Shown here in pieces: positions 1 to 9,534 of a stretch of DNA of 64,000 bases (positions within the stretch are counted from its first letter, which is position 1; every line of letters starts with the position of its first letter). The DNA is from Klebsiella phage KP2025. The stretch is taken from sequence record PP919962.1; one strand, written 5' to 3'. The translations under genes were made by a program, and so were the position numbers. The notes beneath the pieces were generated by a model, which saw nothing but the letters and a program-made list of their open reading frames with translations, did not search any database and had not been told where the DNA came from.

Positions 1-6
1 TATCCG

Positions 7-231
7 GTGCAAAACCAAGGATGGATTCCCGTAAGCGAGCGTCTACCAGAGAATAAACCGGGAGGTTACGAATACTTGGTATTTGAAACACTCAACGGAT
101 GTGTAAATCATGATTACTGGGCTGTGCCAGATACAGGACAGGAATTTACTCCTTTCTGGAACCGTTATGGCGACTATGTAACCCACTGGATGCCACTGCC
201 CGCTGGGCCAAAGGAGCAAGATAATGTTTAA
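7..231 (+). CDS. hypothetical protein
   Basis: ORF co-oriented with the early block; no recognisable motif. Confidence 0.4.
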   Translation: MQNQGWIPVSERLPENKPGGYEYLVFETLNGCVNHDYWAVPDTGQEFTPFWNRYGDYVTHWMPLPAGPKEQDNV

Positions 232-421
232 TCCTAATGAAAGTTTTACTTCTGTATTCATTGTGCTAGGAATTGTTTGTGGGGTTGTTGGATGGGCAGC
301 CATCGAACTCCTCTGTTGGTTGTTTTCCTTCGTGCATATCACTTTTGGGAGATAAACAAGCCTTGCAATTTCTTATGAATGTGTATAATGTATGTACAAG
401 ATATAGAAATGGAGGTGGAAG

Positions 422-925
422 ATGAAAATTCGTTTATTACACGATGGTGGTTATGAGGGATTAGCTAACGTGCAATTCCCTGTAGAAGTGGAAGTTGAGC
501 GTGAGGGTTACGGCGGCGGCGTCTATGTGGGGTGGGATGCAATCTCTGCTATTCCTGAGTGGTTCTACAATAAAAATGATGCTTACGTAGGAGGTTCTTA
601 TTATTTCTGTAAGCATGAAGTGGAACTCGTTGGCAGCGAGGTAGAGGAGCGTATCTCTGCTCTACGTGAAAAAGGCATAACTATGTTCCCTAACCTCTCG
701 AAGGAAGAAAAGATAGACGTGTTGTATATTGAGGATGAACCTGCGGTATCCGCTGAATGCTGTGTTGATACACGGAAAGACAAACTGATCTCGCTTGTGA
801 GAGATTACGGGGAGATCATTACCGAGGGATACAAACACGACTCTCTTCTAGCTATGCTTGCTTGTCACGAAGAAGAGAAGCGTCTGTTGAAAGAGATCAT
901 TAAGATGATTAACGAGGGTGTTTAG
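422..925 (+). CDS. hypothetical protein
   Basis: 167-aa ORF; RBS-like GGAGGTGGAAG immediately upstream of the ATG. Confidence 0.55.
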   Translation: MKIRLLHDGGYEGLANVQFPVEVEVEREGYGGGVYVGWDAISAIPEWFYNKNDAYVGGSYYFCKHEVELVGSEVEERISALREKGITMFPNLSKEEKIDVLYIEDEPAVSAECCVDTRKDKLISLVRDYGEIITEGYKHDSLLAMLACHEEEKRLLKEIIKMINEGV

Positions 926-933
926 GAGGGTAT

Positions 934-1173
934 ATGAATGTATACCGTGTAGAGTTTGACGTGGTGGACTCTGTATCATTACTGTACCCTGCTATTCCAA
1001 GTAAAACAGGGCGTGAAGCGCTATTTATTAATGCAGAGAACCCGCAAGATGCAATGTTCTATGCTGGTATGGTGTGGATGGAGCAGTGTGTTATTAACGG
1101 TTTCCAAATCAGATGGAAGACCTTAGAAAACGTGACTGCGATTTTTCTGGAAGAGTTGAAGGAGGGCTTATGA
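934..1173 (+). CDS. hypothetical protein
   Basis: RBS AGGAGGG upstream; stop overlaps the next start (ATGA). Confidence 0.5.
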   Translation: MNVYRVEFDVVDSVSLLYPAIPSKTGREALFINAENPQDAMFYAGMVWMEQCVINGFQIRWKTLENVTAIFLEELKEGL

Positions 1174-1400
1174 GAGGTAATAAGATGAAAGTGAAAGATG
1201 TACCTAGTGCATACACCTTATGGTTGGCACGTCTTATTCATCAGTCGATGGTGACAAAACACCGTATGCCTCTTTCTAAGCGTATGCTGAAAAAGGGACG
1301 TACCACCTTTGGCTTCACGGCTACTGCCAGAAAGATGAGGGACTTGGGGTATATTCCCAAATATGCCCGTTATCCTTCTACTTATGCTGGGTTTGATTAA
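1170..1400 (+). CDS. hypothetical protein (start moved to internal ATG)
   Basis: ATGA overlap with upstream stop and GAAGGAGGG RBS favour the start at 1170 rather than 1113. Confidence 0.45.
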   Translation: MRGNKMKVKDVPSAYTLWLARLIHQSMVTKHRMPLSKRMLKKGRTTFGFTATARKMRDLGYIPKYARYPSTYAGFD

Positions 1401-1411
1401 CAGGAGTAAAT

Positions 1412-1597
1412 ATGGAAAAGCCAGAACAAAAATTTAAGATTGGGGATCGTGTAGCGGATATTCACACAGGTAAAGTGGGAAATATCACAGCTATCCACTG
1501 GAGTGAAGGCGATAAACATAACCCAGCAGGGTTGGCATACTCTATGGATAAAATGGGGTGGTTATTTATTGGGGAATCAGATTTAGTAGCAGTGTAA
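1412..1597 (+). CDS. hypothetical protein
   Basis: ORF with AGGAG-like RBS. Confidence 0.5.
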   Translation: MEKPEQKFKIGDRVADIHTGKVGNITAIHWSEGDKHNPAGLAYSMDKMGWLFIGESDLVAV

Positions 1598-1858
1598 GGA
1601 GGTAGTGATGCGTGTGTTTATAGATGAGTTTGATAGAGATTACAGAACTATTACCAATAACTTTGAGAAGGAGTTTGCTTCTATCCAGGAAGCAGAAGAG
1701 TGGTGCAAAGAAGCCTCTGGGTCAGGGTACACTTACCTTATTGATATGAGCTTGACAAAAGCTATAAATGAGGGTTAAATATGCTTGTACACTTCTTGAT
1801 GGATGTTTGGTTTATTATACTTATAGCTTGGGTCTTTGTATCAAGGGGAGAATTTTGA

Positions 1859-2149
1859 ATGAACGTTAAGAAACAATCTAAAATAAAGTCTCTAGGTCGT
1901 TATAAACATTATAAAAGTTTTGGATGGTTGGCTAGAGTAGTTTATCGTCTACGCGGTGATAAAACTATTCGCCACTATCTTGCCACTGGTAAGTATGTCA
2001 GAACAGAGTCGGAAGAAGCCTATGAACTTGTGCCAGGATCTGGTATGTTGTTCAAAGATTTATTTATCACCAGCAAAGTGAGGCGTTCACGTGTTAAAAA
2101 TGTTCCTGATGGTGCGCGATTTGTGGGTAAAACATATGGTTTATCGTGA
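1859..2149 (+). CDS. hypothetical basic protein
   Basis: 96-aa K/R-rich ORF. Confidence 0.45.
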   Translation: MNVKKQSKIKSLGRYKHYKSFGWLARVVYRLRGDKTIRHYLATGKYVRTESEEAYELVPGSGMLFKDLFITSKVRRSRVKNVPDGARFVGKTYGLS

Positions 2150-2376
2150 GTATCTCATTGATAATGCACAGTATAAACAGCTTGGGATATCTTAGGGAGG
2201 TGTTAAACCGTGGAGATTGAGAAAGTAAAGGTTGCCCCGAAGGAACGCACTCGTTTATGTGATTGTGGTCATACTATGATTGAAACAGAGGTGTTATACT
2301 CTGATCTTTATGAGTGCTGCGTTGCATTCTGGGAATGCACACATTGTCACGATGTTTATGAGGAGTGGTTGGAGTA

Positions 2377-3585
2377 ATGGTTGCAAAGGCTTGGGAAGAG
2401 TATAAAGCAGAGTGTGAAGCAGTAGCTAAACCTGGGATAACCATCTTGGGTTGGGTTGGAGAATGGAAGGGACATGTTACAAAATTAAGATGCGTATGTG
2501 CAAAACATGGAGAGTGGCAGAGTACAACTATCCATAATTTTAAGAGTGGGCGTAGTTGTCCTGGTTGTAAGAGAAGTTTGCTTAGTCAAAATAACTCTAA
2601 AACTTGGGAGGAGTATCTCCCCTCTATTAAATCTACAGCAGAGGTAAAAGGGTATACTATAGAGGGGTATGAAGGGTGGAACGGAAATCAGACGCGGTTA
2701 CGATTAGTTTGCCCTGTTCATGGAAGATTTAATAGTACCACCATCGGCAATTTCCTGCAAGGTAGTGGTTGTCCTAAATGTGGTAAAAAAACCGCAGGGG
2801 AGAAGAATAGCAAACCTGATGAAGAGCATGTTGCAGAGTTTTTTGCGACAGGGATGTTTAAGGATGGGTGTAAGTTTTGGAGAAGTCCGAAGTTGACTGC
2901 ACGGGGATGGGCGCAGTATTGGTATCACACATGCCCTATTTGTTCGGAGGACGAGTTTGTTAAAGCCGGACTTTGCACAGGGGTTTTTGAGTCGCATACG
3001 AGTCAGTTGAAAAGAGGGGGATTACCTTGTCGGTGTTCAGGTATCTATCGTTTCACAAAAGCTCAATGGGAATGGCGTTTAGTTAAAGAATGTGAAAATA
3101 GGGGCTATGTATTCGTAGGCTGGAGAGGTAAACGTTGGGGCCGTAAGTTTAAATTTAGTTATGAATGCACTTTACATGGAGAACAAAGTATCACTCCACA
3201 TAATTTATTCGCGGGTCATGGTTGTCCTTTGTGTGCAGGTTATAATCAACAACAATGCTACATTAACTTAGTGAGCGACCAGAACATTCCTTTGGCATGT
3301 AAAATAGGCATAGCTAAAGATTCAGAGGCTCGTTTAAAATCACAAAACCAACGTAATCTTTTTCAGATGCAACAGTTAGCCGTGTACGAATTCCCAACAG
3401 TAGAAGATTGCAAAGCCGCAGAAAGAGCTTGTCTGTCTGAGCTTACTTGTGGAGTTTTATCAGCGCAGGAACTTCAAGATGGCTATACAGAAACTGTAGC
3501 CTTGACAGACTACGATAAAGTGGTTAGTATCTATGAAAGATTCGGTGGTGCGCGTGTGGATACCCTTGCGGAGGAGGATGAATGA
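2377..3585 (+). CDS. GIY-YIG-like (T5orf172/MUG113-type) endonuclease with three tandem Zn-ribbon repeats; putative homing endonuclease
   Basis: Three ~75-aa repeats each ending in HG...G.GCP.C; C-terminal YINLV...CKIGIAKD..RL motif typical of the T5orf172 GIY-YIG-like domain; ATG at 2377 with GGAG RBS. Confidence 0.55.
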   Translation: MVAKAWEEYKAECEAVAKPGITILGWVGEWKGHVTKLRCVCAKHGEWQSTTIHNFKSGRSCPGCKRSLLSQNNSKTWEEYLPSIKSTAEVKGYTIEGYEGWNGNQTRLRLVCPVHGRFNSTTIGNFLQGSGCPKCGKKTAGEKNSKPDEEHVAEFFATGMFKDGCKFWRSPKLTARGWAQYWYHTCPICSEDEFVKAGLCTGVFESHTSQLKRGGLPCRCSGIYRFTKAQWEWRLVKECENRGYVFVGWRGKRWGRKFKFSYECTLHGEQSITPHNLFAGHGCPLCAGYNQQQCYINLVSDQNIPLACKIGIAKDSEARLKSQNQRNLFQMQQLAVYEFPTVEDCKAAERACLSELTCGVLSAQELQDGYTETVALTDYDKVVSIYERFGGARVDTLAEEDE

Positions 3586-3908
3586 CAGATCGTGAAATGG
3601 TAAATTTTATGAGAAACTACTGTTTCTCTATTGGTCATACAGACGGGACACCGTTTGATGAGGCCACAGTGACAATTCATGATGTTCGTCCTAACAGTAT
3701 GAACATTATCTCAATGAAAGAGATACGGGAACTGTTAGACTACTATGGCAAGCTAGCTATGATGCTGGATTTAGGACATATTATCAGTCCTCCAGAGAAG
3801 TTTGTCTACTGGATGTTAAAGGACATTGGCCTCATTGATGGGTATGCTGCTCTTCAAGATGCTTTATCACATGAAGAAAATGATATTTCAAATAACATAG
3901 GAGAATAA
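3582..3908 (+). CDS. hypothetical protein
   Basis: ATGA-coupled to the upstream gene. Confidence 0.5.
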   Translation: MTDREMVNFMRNYCFSIGHTDGTPFDEATVTIHDVRPNSMNIISMKEIRELLDYYGKLAMMLDLGHIISPPEKFVYWMLKDIGLIDGYAALQDALSHEENDISNNIGE

Positions 3909-3909
3909 T

Positions 3910-4488
3910 ATGTCAAATTATGATATTTTTGCAATAGAACCACGTCAACGTGGAGGAGAACGTAACTGGTATCCGGTTCCTCATGGTGCAGCGCCATTAC
4001 CGCTTACCCTGAAAGTCTTACCTCTGCCAAAAACATATGTAACAAATTTAAGTGACGTTTTTCATGACGAGTTTATGGATCGGATTAGCCCCTATCTTAT
4101 CCCAGGGGATAAGCTTGTGTTCACAGGAAACGCAAACTACCATACATATTACCCTTTAGATACTACATACAGGGCTGGAGATTTTACATTTCGCCTGGAA
4201 AATTCCTCTTGTTCTTTTAATGAGGTGTTATACGCAGCGCAGGAAGGGGTCATCTTGGAGGAAGGATATATATCTGCAATGATCGATTGCCATGTAAAGA
4301 CACTGATTATGAAAATGTCAGAATTTCGCCCAGGCAATGTTGAAGTATCTTTTGCTCTTCCTGACCTTATCGATCCGAGACAGTATGGTGATAAAACCTT
4401 GTATGCCTTCTTCATGTTTGAACCCCGCCATGCTAGGCTGGAAACAGAAATGTCTTTTAACGTCAGAAGTATTAAGGCAGATGAGTAA
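3910..4488 (+). CDS. hypothetical protein
   Basis: 192-aa ORF. Confidence 0.55.
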   Translation: MSNYDIFAIEPRQRGGERNWYPVPHGAAPLPLTLKVLPLPKTYVTNLSDVFHDEFMDRISPYLIPGDKLVFTGNANYHTYYPLDTTYRAGDFTFRLENSSCSFNEVLYAAQEGVILEEGYISAMIDCHVKTLIMKMSEFRPGNVEVSFALPDLIDPRQYGDKTLYAFFMFEPRHARLETEMSFNVRSIKADE

Positions 4489-4738
4489 AACTATTTGGTT
4501 AGTCCAAATACAGCGGCATGGAAGCTGCTGGCAACCAGTAGAGCCTACTTGTCGTGTAGTGTGTGCTTGCGATAGTGAAGAAGCAGCACACAAAGCAGGG
4601 CAACAGATTACATGGATGTATAATAATCCTCGGTTTAATCCTGATGCAAATCTTGCTGGAGTTGTTACACAGGATATTTTAATCCCAGAGCTTGAATACA
4701 GGTATGCAGTTAAAAAACACGAAGGAGAATGGCATTGA
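4481..4738 (+). CDS. hypothetical protein
   Basis: Internal ATG overlapping the upstream stop (translational coupling). Confidence 0.4.
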   Translation: MSKTIWLVQIQRHGSCWQPVEPTCRVVCACDSEEAAHKAGQQITWMYNNPRFNPDANLAGVVTQDILIPELEYRYAVKKHEGEWH

Positions 4739-4956
4739 GAGAACAAATTGAATTCCATTTTATGGATACAGAAGATCCGTTGGTAATCGACCCAAAGGAT
4801 ATCCGACTTGTGTATAAACACCTTAATGGTTGTATTATCAGGACTTCGTGGAATGAAGAGCTGGTACTGAGTGAGAGTTATGAAACAGCGAAACGCCGTA
4901 TAGCCGACTTCTATAAGCCACTGGAGAATGTTTCTGGGTGGCCTTATGGAGAATAA
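4729..4956 (+). CDS. hypothetical protein
   Basis: ORF coupled to the upstream gene. Confidence 0.45.
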   Translation: MALREQIEFHFMDTEDPLVIDPKDIRLVYKHLNGCIIRTSWNEELVLSESYETAKRRIADFYKPLENVSGWPYGE

Positions 4957-5428
4957 ATATCCCGTTTACCATTGGCGAGTGAAGTCTCATTGGTTGAGTG
5001 GCACTACATCTTTTGATGATGTGTACATTGCGCTTCCTGATCTGGAATTGGCAAGAGATTTCATTCAGGCTCATGTGCGGCTGCACTATGCTACTTCAGA
5101 TATTCGTGTAGCTACATGCGTGTCTTTGATGAACATCATCCCACAAGTCGAAACCCTCCCTGCGGCGTACCGCCTGGAAAGTGAAGCCGTTTGGGGCGAA
5201 CAAGATGTACTGGACATGTACCCTGCTATTCGTAATTATTGGGTGAGTAAAGGTTTCACAGATATTCGTATAATGCCTTGTAGACCTGTAGACGAGGATT
5301 GTCTTTATCTGGATGGTAAATGGCACAGTTACTGTCGCCATGCACACGAATGGATGCAACCAGAGGATTTATGTGCTGAATTAAAGCCTCGGCCTGCAAA
5401 GCAGCGCCGCCGTAACTGTACGGTGTAA
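4946..5428 (+). CDS. hypothetical protein
   Basis: ATG MENKYP overlapping the upstream stop. Confidence 0.5.
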   Translation: MENKYPVYHWRVKSHWLSGTTSFDDVYIALPDLELARDFIQAHVRLHYATSDIRVATCVSLMNIIPQVETLPAAYRLESEAVWGEQDVLDMYPAIRNYWVSKGFTDIRIMPCRPVDEDCLYLDGKWHSYCRHAHEWMQPEDLCAELKPRPAKQRRRNCTV

Positions 5429-5763
5429 GGAGAAGAGATGGTGAGTGAACACTTTGTTATTCTTTGTATGTTCGGGTGGATTGCTTGGTGTTGCATTATA
5501 AATGCTGATAAGTATTCTACTCCGAAAGAAAGAGCTTTACAACTAATTCCAATTCCAGTATGCTTCCTGCTAATGGGGTTGACACTTACTTAGGAGGCGC
5601 TATGCGACGTATACTGTGTTGGTTTTTAGCTGGGGTTTTAGGGCTTTCTTTTTAGTAGTGTGTGATAAGCTGGCAGAACTTGCAAGTGGTGCTGCACATA
5701 AGCAGAAGGTACAAACAGAAGAGTGTATCTATCTAAAATACAAAAAAGATGCTGAAAAGTTCC

Positions 5764-5793
5764 TTGACAAGGATTGTCAAAGGTATGTAAGAT
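5764..5793 (+). promoter_or_regulatory. sigma70-like promoter TTGACA-N18-TAAGAT
   Basis: Consensus -35 and a recurrent TAAGAT -10. Confidence 0.3.
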
Positions 5794-5838
5794 ATAAGCA
5801 AGATAACTGACTAGGTAATTAACTTAGAGAGGTAGAGT

Positions 5839-6102
5839 ATGACTCTGGCAGACAAAGTGCTACAAAACGTTAAGAGTAAAGCCATAGTGTGTAGAGCTAA
5901 AGCTTTCGAATCCTATTACTATGATTTGAAGAAAATGGTGAAAGATCCTGACCTACTAGAAACAGGGGTTGTACACTACTATCATCGTAACCATTTAACT
6001 AATCAAATATTCAACAATAGAGGCACGAATAGCAGATGGTATGCAACTACTACGTATACCACTGAAAATAAAACTGGTATTAGTCTTTCTTTAATGAGAT
6101 AA
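5839..6102 (+). CDS. hypothetical protein
   Basis: RBS GAGAGGTAGAG upstream. Confidence 0.4.
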   Translation: MTLADKVLQNVKSKAIVCRAKAFESYYYDLKKMVKDPDLLETGVVHYYHRNHLTNQIFNNRGTNSRWYATTTYTTENKTGISLSLMR

Positions 6103-6110
6103 GGAAGTAT

Positions 6111-6353
6111 ATGAACATATTCACTGAGCAACGTATGGGTACACCAATTACAGAAGATGAAAGATTCGCTATTTCTACAGAGCTTAACAATCTGGAAGCC
6201 CTGTGTCATGATGAAGCATGGATTGCTAAGGAGGTAGCCGCTTGCACAGATTTGATGGGAAGTTGGGATAAAGATCTAGTGCTATTGTGTCTTGAGCATG
6301 ACATAAACATGTTGCGTCGTACTCTCGAAACAGGTATAGTGACAGAACATTAA
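6111..6353 (+). CDS. hypothetical protein
   Basis: RBS AAGGAAG upstream. Confidence 0.45.
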   Translation: MNIFTEQRMGTPITEDERFAISTELNNLEALCHDEAWIAKEVAACTDLMGSWDKDLVLLCLEHDINMLRRTLETGIVTEH

Positions 6354-6366
6354 CGCTACATACAAG

Positions 6367-6669
6367 GTGTCTTCCATAATGAATGATATAGTTAAGTTTG
6401 CTCTGGTGATTTCAGTGTTAAGTTTGTTTGGATGGCTTATTCTCACCATAGCTTCACATTTCTTGATGAGAGAGTTAAGAAAGGAAGAGAAAGCATATGA
6501 AGAGACAATGAGACATTTAAGACTATTATGCAGACATGCAAGTTTTGCAGGAGCATATTCTGCCTATAGGGATTACTATAAAAAGGATGAAAATCATCTT
6601 CCAGCAGATTTATTAAGAAGACACTACCAAGCCGCACGTATAGAATGGTTAGCACGTAACCCAAGATAG
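6367..6669 (+). CDS. hypothetical membrane protein
   Basis: N-terminal hydrophobic segment. Confidence 0.45.
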   Translation: MSSIMNDIVKFALVISVLSLFGWLILTIASHFLMRELRKEEKAYEETMRHLRLLCRHASFAGAYSAYRDYYKKDENHLPADLLRRHYQAARIEWLARNPR

Positions 6670-6679
6670 GAGAATAGAT

Positions 6680-7108
6680 ATGAATTTTAAAGTAGGCGAT
6701 ACGATTGTTTTTCAACCGCAAGGTAATAATATTGAAGATTACTTCCTTAACGGAGTACAAGAAGGGGATACTGGAACTGTTACTTACGTAGATGAAGAAG
6801 ACGTTGCTGCGGATATGACTACCCAGTGGGGAGAGGTTGTTGAATGTTTTTATCTTAACCCTGAAGATTGTATTGTTCAGGAGGAAACTCTTCCTTCTGT
6901 GGAAGCTACTCTACATCTAGATGCATATGGTAAGCTAGTGTTAGTTGAGCGTAGTAATTGGGAGGATGTATTCATTGCTGTAGGTAATGACTATAAGAAT
7001 GGATGCCTACCTACTGGAGAAGGTATTCACCTTACAGCAGAAGAAGCTCTACAGTTAGCTTATGACATTAAACGTATGGCTCTAGCTGTACAGAGAGGAA
7101 AACTATAA
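6680..7108 (+). CDS. hypothetical protein
   Basis: RBS AGGAGAA upstream. Confidence 0.5.
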   Translation: MNFKVGDTIVFQPQGNNIEDYFLNGVQEGDTGTVTYVDEEDVAADMTTQWGEVVECFYLNPEDCIVQEETLPSVEATLHLDAYGKLVLVERSNWEDVFIAVGNDYKNGCLPTGEGIHLTAEEALQLAYDIKRMALAVQRGKL

Positions 7109-7190
7109 TTAATAAATAGATAGTTAATTAGTTAATAATTAATTAGTTTATTAGTTAATTGGTTAATAGGTAGTAGATAGATTAACATAA
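7105..7190. repeat. iteron-like array of TTAATTAG / TTAATAA / TTAATAGG units
   Basis: At least 8 tandem or interleaved copies in ~85 bp of pure A/T. Confidence 0.6.
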
Positions 7191-7215
7191 CATGTTTCTC
7201 ATAACAAATCTACTA

Positions 7216-7252
7216 CCTCGCTATCGCTCGGTATATAATACTAGGGTAGCAT
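7216..7252 (+). promoter_or_regulatory. bipartite conserved element CCTCGCT(A)TCGCTCGG-N10-AGGGTAGCAT (copy 1) containing a TATATAAT box
   Basis: Second copy in inverted orientation at 48545-48583; each points toward the adjacent transcription unit. Confidence 0.4.
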
Positions 7253-7318
7253 GTTTTTTCTCAAAAGTAAAACAGATAATTCCTATTAATAAGGGGAAGA
7301 TTGACAGTTGGAGGCTAT

Positions 7319-7552
7319 ATGGCAAAGAAGTCTAAAAAAGTGAATGAAGAAACCTCTGAACAAGAAACCTTTGCACAGATTGAAGATCTGTGTAATGAAC
7401 CAGCGGCTCCTACAGAGGCGCTGGAAGAGGTTATGTCCTGCAAAGAAGAAAAAAGATTTTGCCCTGTTTGTGGTGGAACAGGTTTTGTCTTTGTTGGAGA
7501 AGGACAGCTAGAAAGATGCTGGCCTTGTGAAGGCATCGGAATAGTAGTTTAA
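7319..7552 (+). CDS. hypothetical Zn-ribbon protein
   Basis: CPVCGG...CWPCEG; ATG at 7319 preceded by GGAGG. Confidence 0.45.
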   Translation: MAKKSKKVNEETSEQETFAQIEDLCNEPAAPTEALEEVMSCKEEKRFCPVCGGTGFVFVGEGQLERCWPCEGIGIVV

Positions 7553-7645
7553 GCGTTTACAATGTGCGGCTACCGCACAGAAGTAAATCGCTATATACTA
7601 AAGATCGCGCCTTCGGCGCTCGGATAAATCCTAAGCGGGGGTCAA

Positions 7646-7837
7646 ATGATTAGAAGTTATCACAGATGGTTAACCATCCAAGAGAAGAATACCCTCCGTG
7701 GTGTTCCAGGGTACAGCCCAAGCACGGATGATATCTTAGATAAGATGGAGGAATTCTTCAACGAGCCTCGTTCTCATCTAAAAGAGGTACTTGGGGCATG
7801 GGATGGTACGCCGGAAAGTGTAGGAGAACGTGGATGA
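7646..7837 (+). CDS. hypothetical protein
   Basis: ORF. Confidence 0.35.
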   Translation: MIRSYHRWLTIQEKNTLRGVPGYSPSTDDILDKMEEFFNEPRSHLKEVLGAWDGTPESVGERG

Positions 7838-8241
7838 TTACCTTAGAGCAATTCCAAAACATGGAGCGAGGTACTATCTTCTACGTTTGTTGTGGAGGTA
7901 ACGCCAATAACCTCGTGGTAGAACGATTCCATTCACTAAAAGACTTGGACAGAGGTGAGGATAGTGTTATGGTGTTGACTTATTGTGGTGGCAGCACTTT
8001 CCAAGGTCATCTGCACGGCGGCAATGGGTTATACCTGAACGAGGAAGAAGCCAAAGAGCACATGGCAAAACGTGCCAAATGGATACATGATCGCAGAACG
8101 GAAAATTTAAAATCCATGTTGCTTAACTTACAAGCTGACCTGGATAAGCATCTTGACAGTGAGCCTAAATTAGATTATGTTTATCTGGACAGAACAGATG
8201 AACCTGAACCAGAGGGGTGGTGGTATGACAAAACAATATAG
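7834..8241 (+). CDS. hypothetical protein
   Basis: ATGA coupling with upstream gene; RBS GGAGAACG. Confidence 0.45.
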   Translation: MITLEQFQNMERGTIFYVCCGGNANNLVVERFHSLKDLDRGEDSVMVLTYCGGSTFQGHLHGGNGLYLNEEEAKEHMAKRAKWIHDRRTENLKSMLLNLQADLDKHLDSEPKLDYVYLDRTDEPEPEGWWYDKTI

Positions 8242-8509
8242 GATTTTAGAACGCCCACAATTCGAAAAAGAAAGTGTATATATTGTTCAACGGACTCGAA
8301 AATTCCTTTGGTTGTTTCCTTATTGGGCTACCTATCAAGGCTACACATTAGCCGGTAATGAAGATTGTATCTTCAATACTATAGAAGATGCTAAAAGTTT
8401 TATTAAAGATACTGCAAAGTTTAATCGCTGGTGCGCCGAGAGAGGTGATCGTGTGATTGCTGTGTACCAGCTAAATAACGATGGTGAACTGGAGGAAGTT
8501 GAAACATGA
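8225..8509 (+). CDS. hypothetical protein
   Basis: Internal ATG with a GGTGG RBS-like sequence upstream. Confidence 0.45.
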   Translation: MTKQYRILERPQFEKESVYIVQRTRKFLWLFPYWATYQGYTLAGNEDCIFNTIEDAKSFIKDTAKFNRWCAERGDRVIAVYQLNNDGELEEVET

Positions 8510-8680
8510 AAATAGCCCTTGTGTTTTTGGTAGGATTTGTGGTATCATTCTTTATGCTTTGTGGAGGTAGTGTTCTCTTTCATTATGGACTCGATGGTTT
8601 TGCTGTCTTTTTAGGGAGTCTTGCCATTGGATCTATTACCGCGATTATTGCAGCCAATAACTAATGAAGGATATTGCAAA

Positions 8681-9313
8681 ATGAAAATTGGTATCGGTGT
8701 GATCACTATGGGTGTTCGCACCATTAATAGAAAACTATTTGAAAACAGTGAACATGGGATTTTTATCTACACAGATAAGGAACGTTTAGGCCCAAGTCAT
8801 GCTCGTAATAAAGTGTTAGAGCACTTTGACGGTTATGATCATATTTTTATATTTGATGATGATTGTTTCCCTACAAAACTTGGTTGGGAAAATTATTTCA
8901 TCACTCAAGCTTCTGAGCATAACATCCATTATATGGCTATTCCAGAAGTATTTGGTGGTCAGTTTGTATCTAGTGACAAAGAAATGCAGTATTGGTTTAG
9001 CGCATTAGGTTGTTTCGTGTATCAAGATAAGGTTGCAATGGATGTTATTGGTGGGTATAATACTGCGTATAACAGATATGGTTATGAAGATGCAGGGCGA
9101 TCTCGTAGAGCATTACAGGCTGGCTTAACAGGACATAACAATGCTTGGGGCTTTCCTGTGCGAGGGTTGTCTTACATACATTCTGAAGATGTATTCGGAG
9201 AGAATCCTGCCCCGAACATTCAGACTTCTGAAAAGCTGGCGTATATCGCACAAAACCAACCGATCTACCAGAAAGAGATTGAAGGTAAACAACTTTTCTA
9301 CCCATACAAATAA
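8681..9313 (+). CDS. putative glycosyltransferase (DXD-type)
   Basis: FDDD motif and YGYED motif; start moved to MKIGIG with RBS. Confidence 0.4.
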   Translation: MKIGIGVITMGVRTINRKLFENSEHGIFIYTDKERLGPSHARNKVLEHFDGYDHIFIFDDDCFPTKLGWENYFITQASEHNIHYMAIPEVFGGQFVSSDKEMQYWFSALGCFVYQDKVAMDVIGGYNTAYNRYGYEDAGRSRRALQAGLTGHNNAWGFPVRGLSYIHSEDVFGENPAPNIQTSEKLAYIAQNQPIYQKEIEGKQLFYPYK

Positions 9314-9323
9314 GGAGAGAGAA

Positions 9324-9533
9324 ATGGAAATGCCAAACCAAGAGATTATCGAGCAAGCAATTATCCTCCTAGCTGAAAGTTGCCAGGCAGACATGGCGGT
9401 TCTGTTTGTTGCAGAGCCAACTCAGGATGCTATTGATCGTATGATCGCAGCAGACACTGCGTGGAGAGAGTTTAGCGCTGCTCACCCTGAGATTGAACAG
9501 TACGTTGATTGGAAAGAGTTGCAGGGGGATTAA
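9324..9533 (+). CDS. hypothetical protein
   Basis: RBS AAGGAGAGAG upstream of ATG. Confidence 0.4.
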   Translation: MEMPNQEIIEQAIILLAESCQADMAVLFVAEPTQDAIDRMIAADTAWREFSAAHPEIEQYVDWKELQGD

Positions 9534-9534
9534 C

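Noticed and set aside
43-342. Numerous ORFs on the strand opposite to each transcription block (e.g. 43-342, 2704-2997, 4318-4821, 16079-16669, 37 kb plus-strand ORFs, 53184-53441, 59126-59431)
   Set aside because: They overlap better-supported co-oriented genes or tRNA genes, lack RBS context and break the strict block orientation. I treat them as shadow ORFs.
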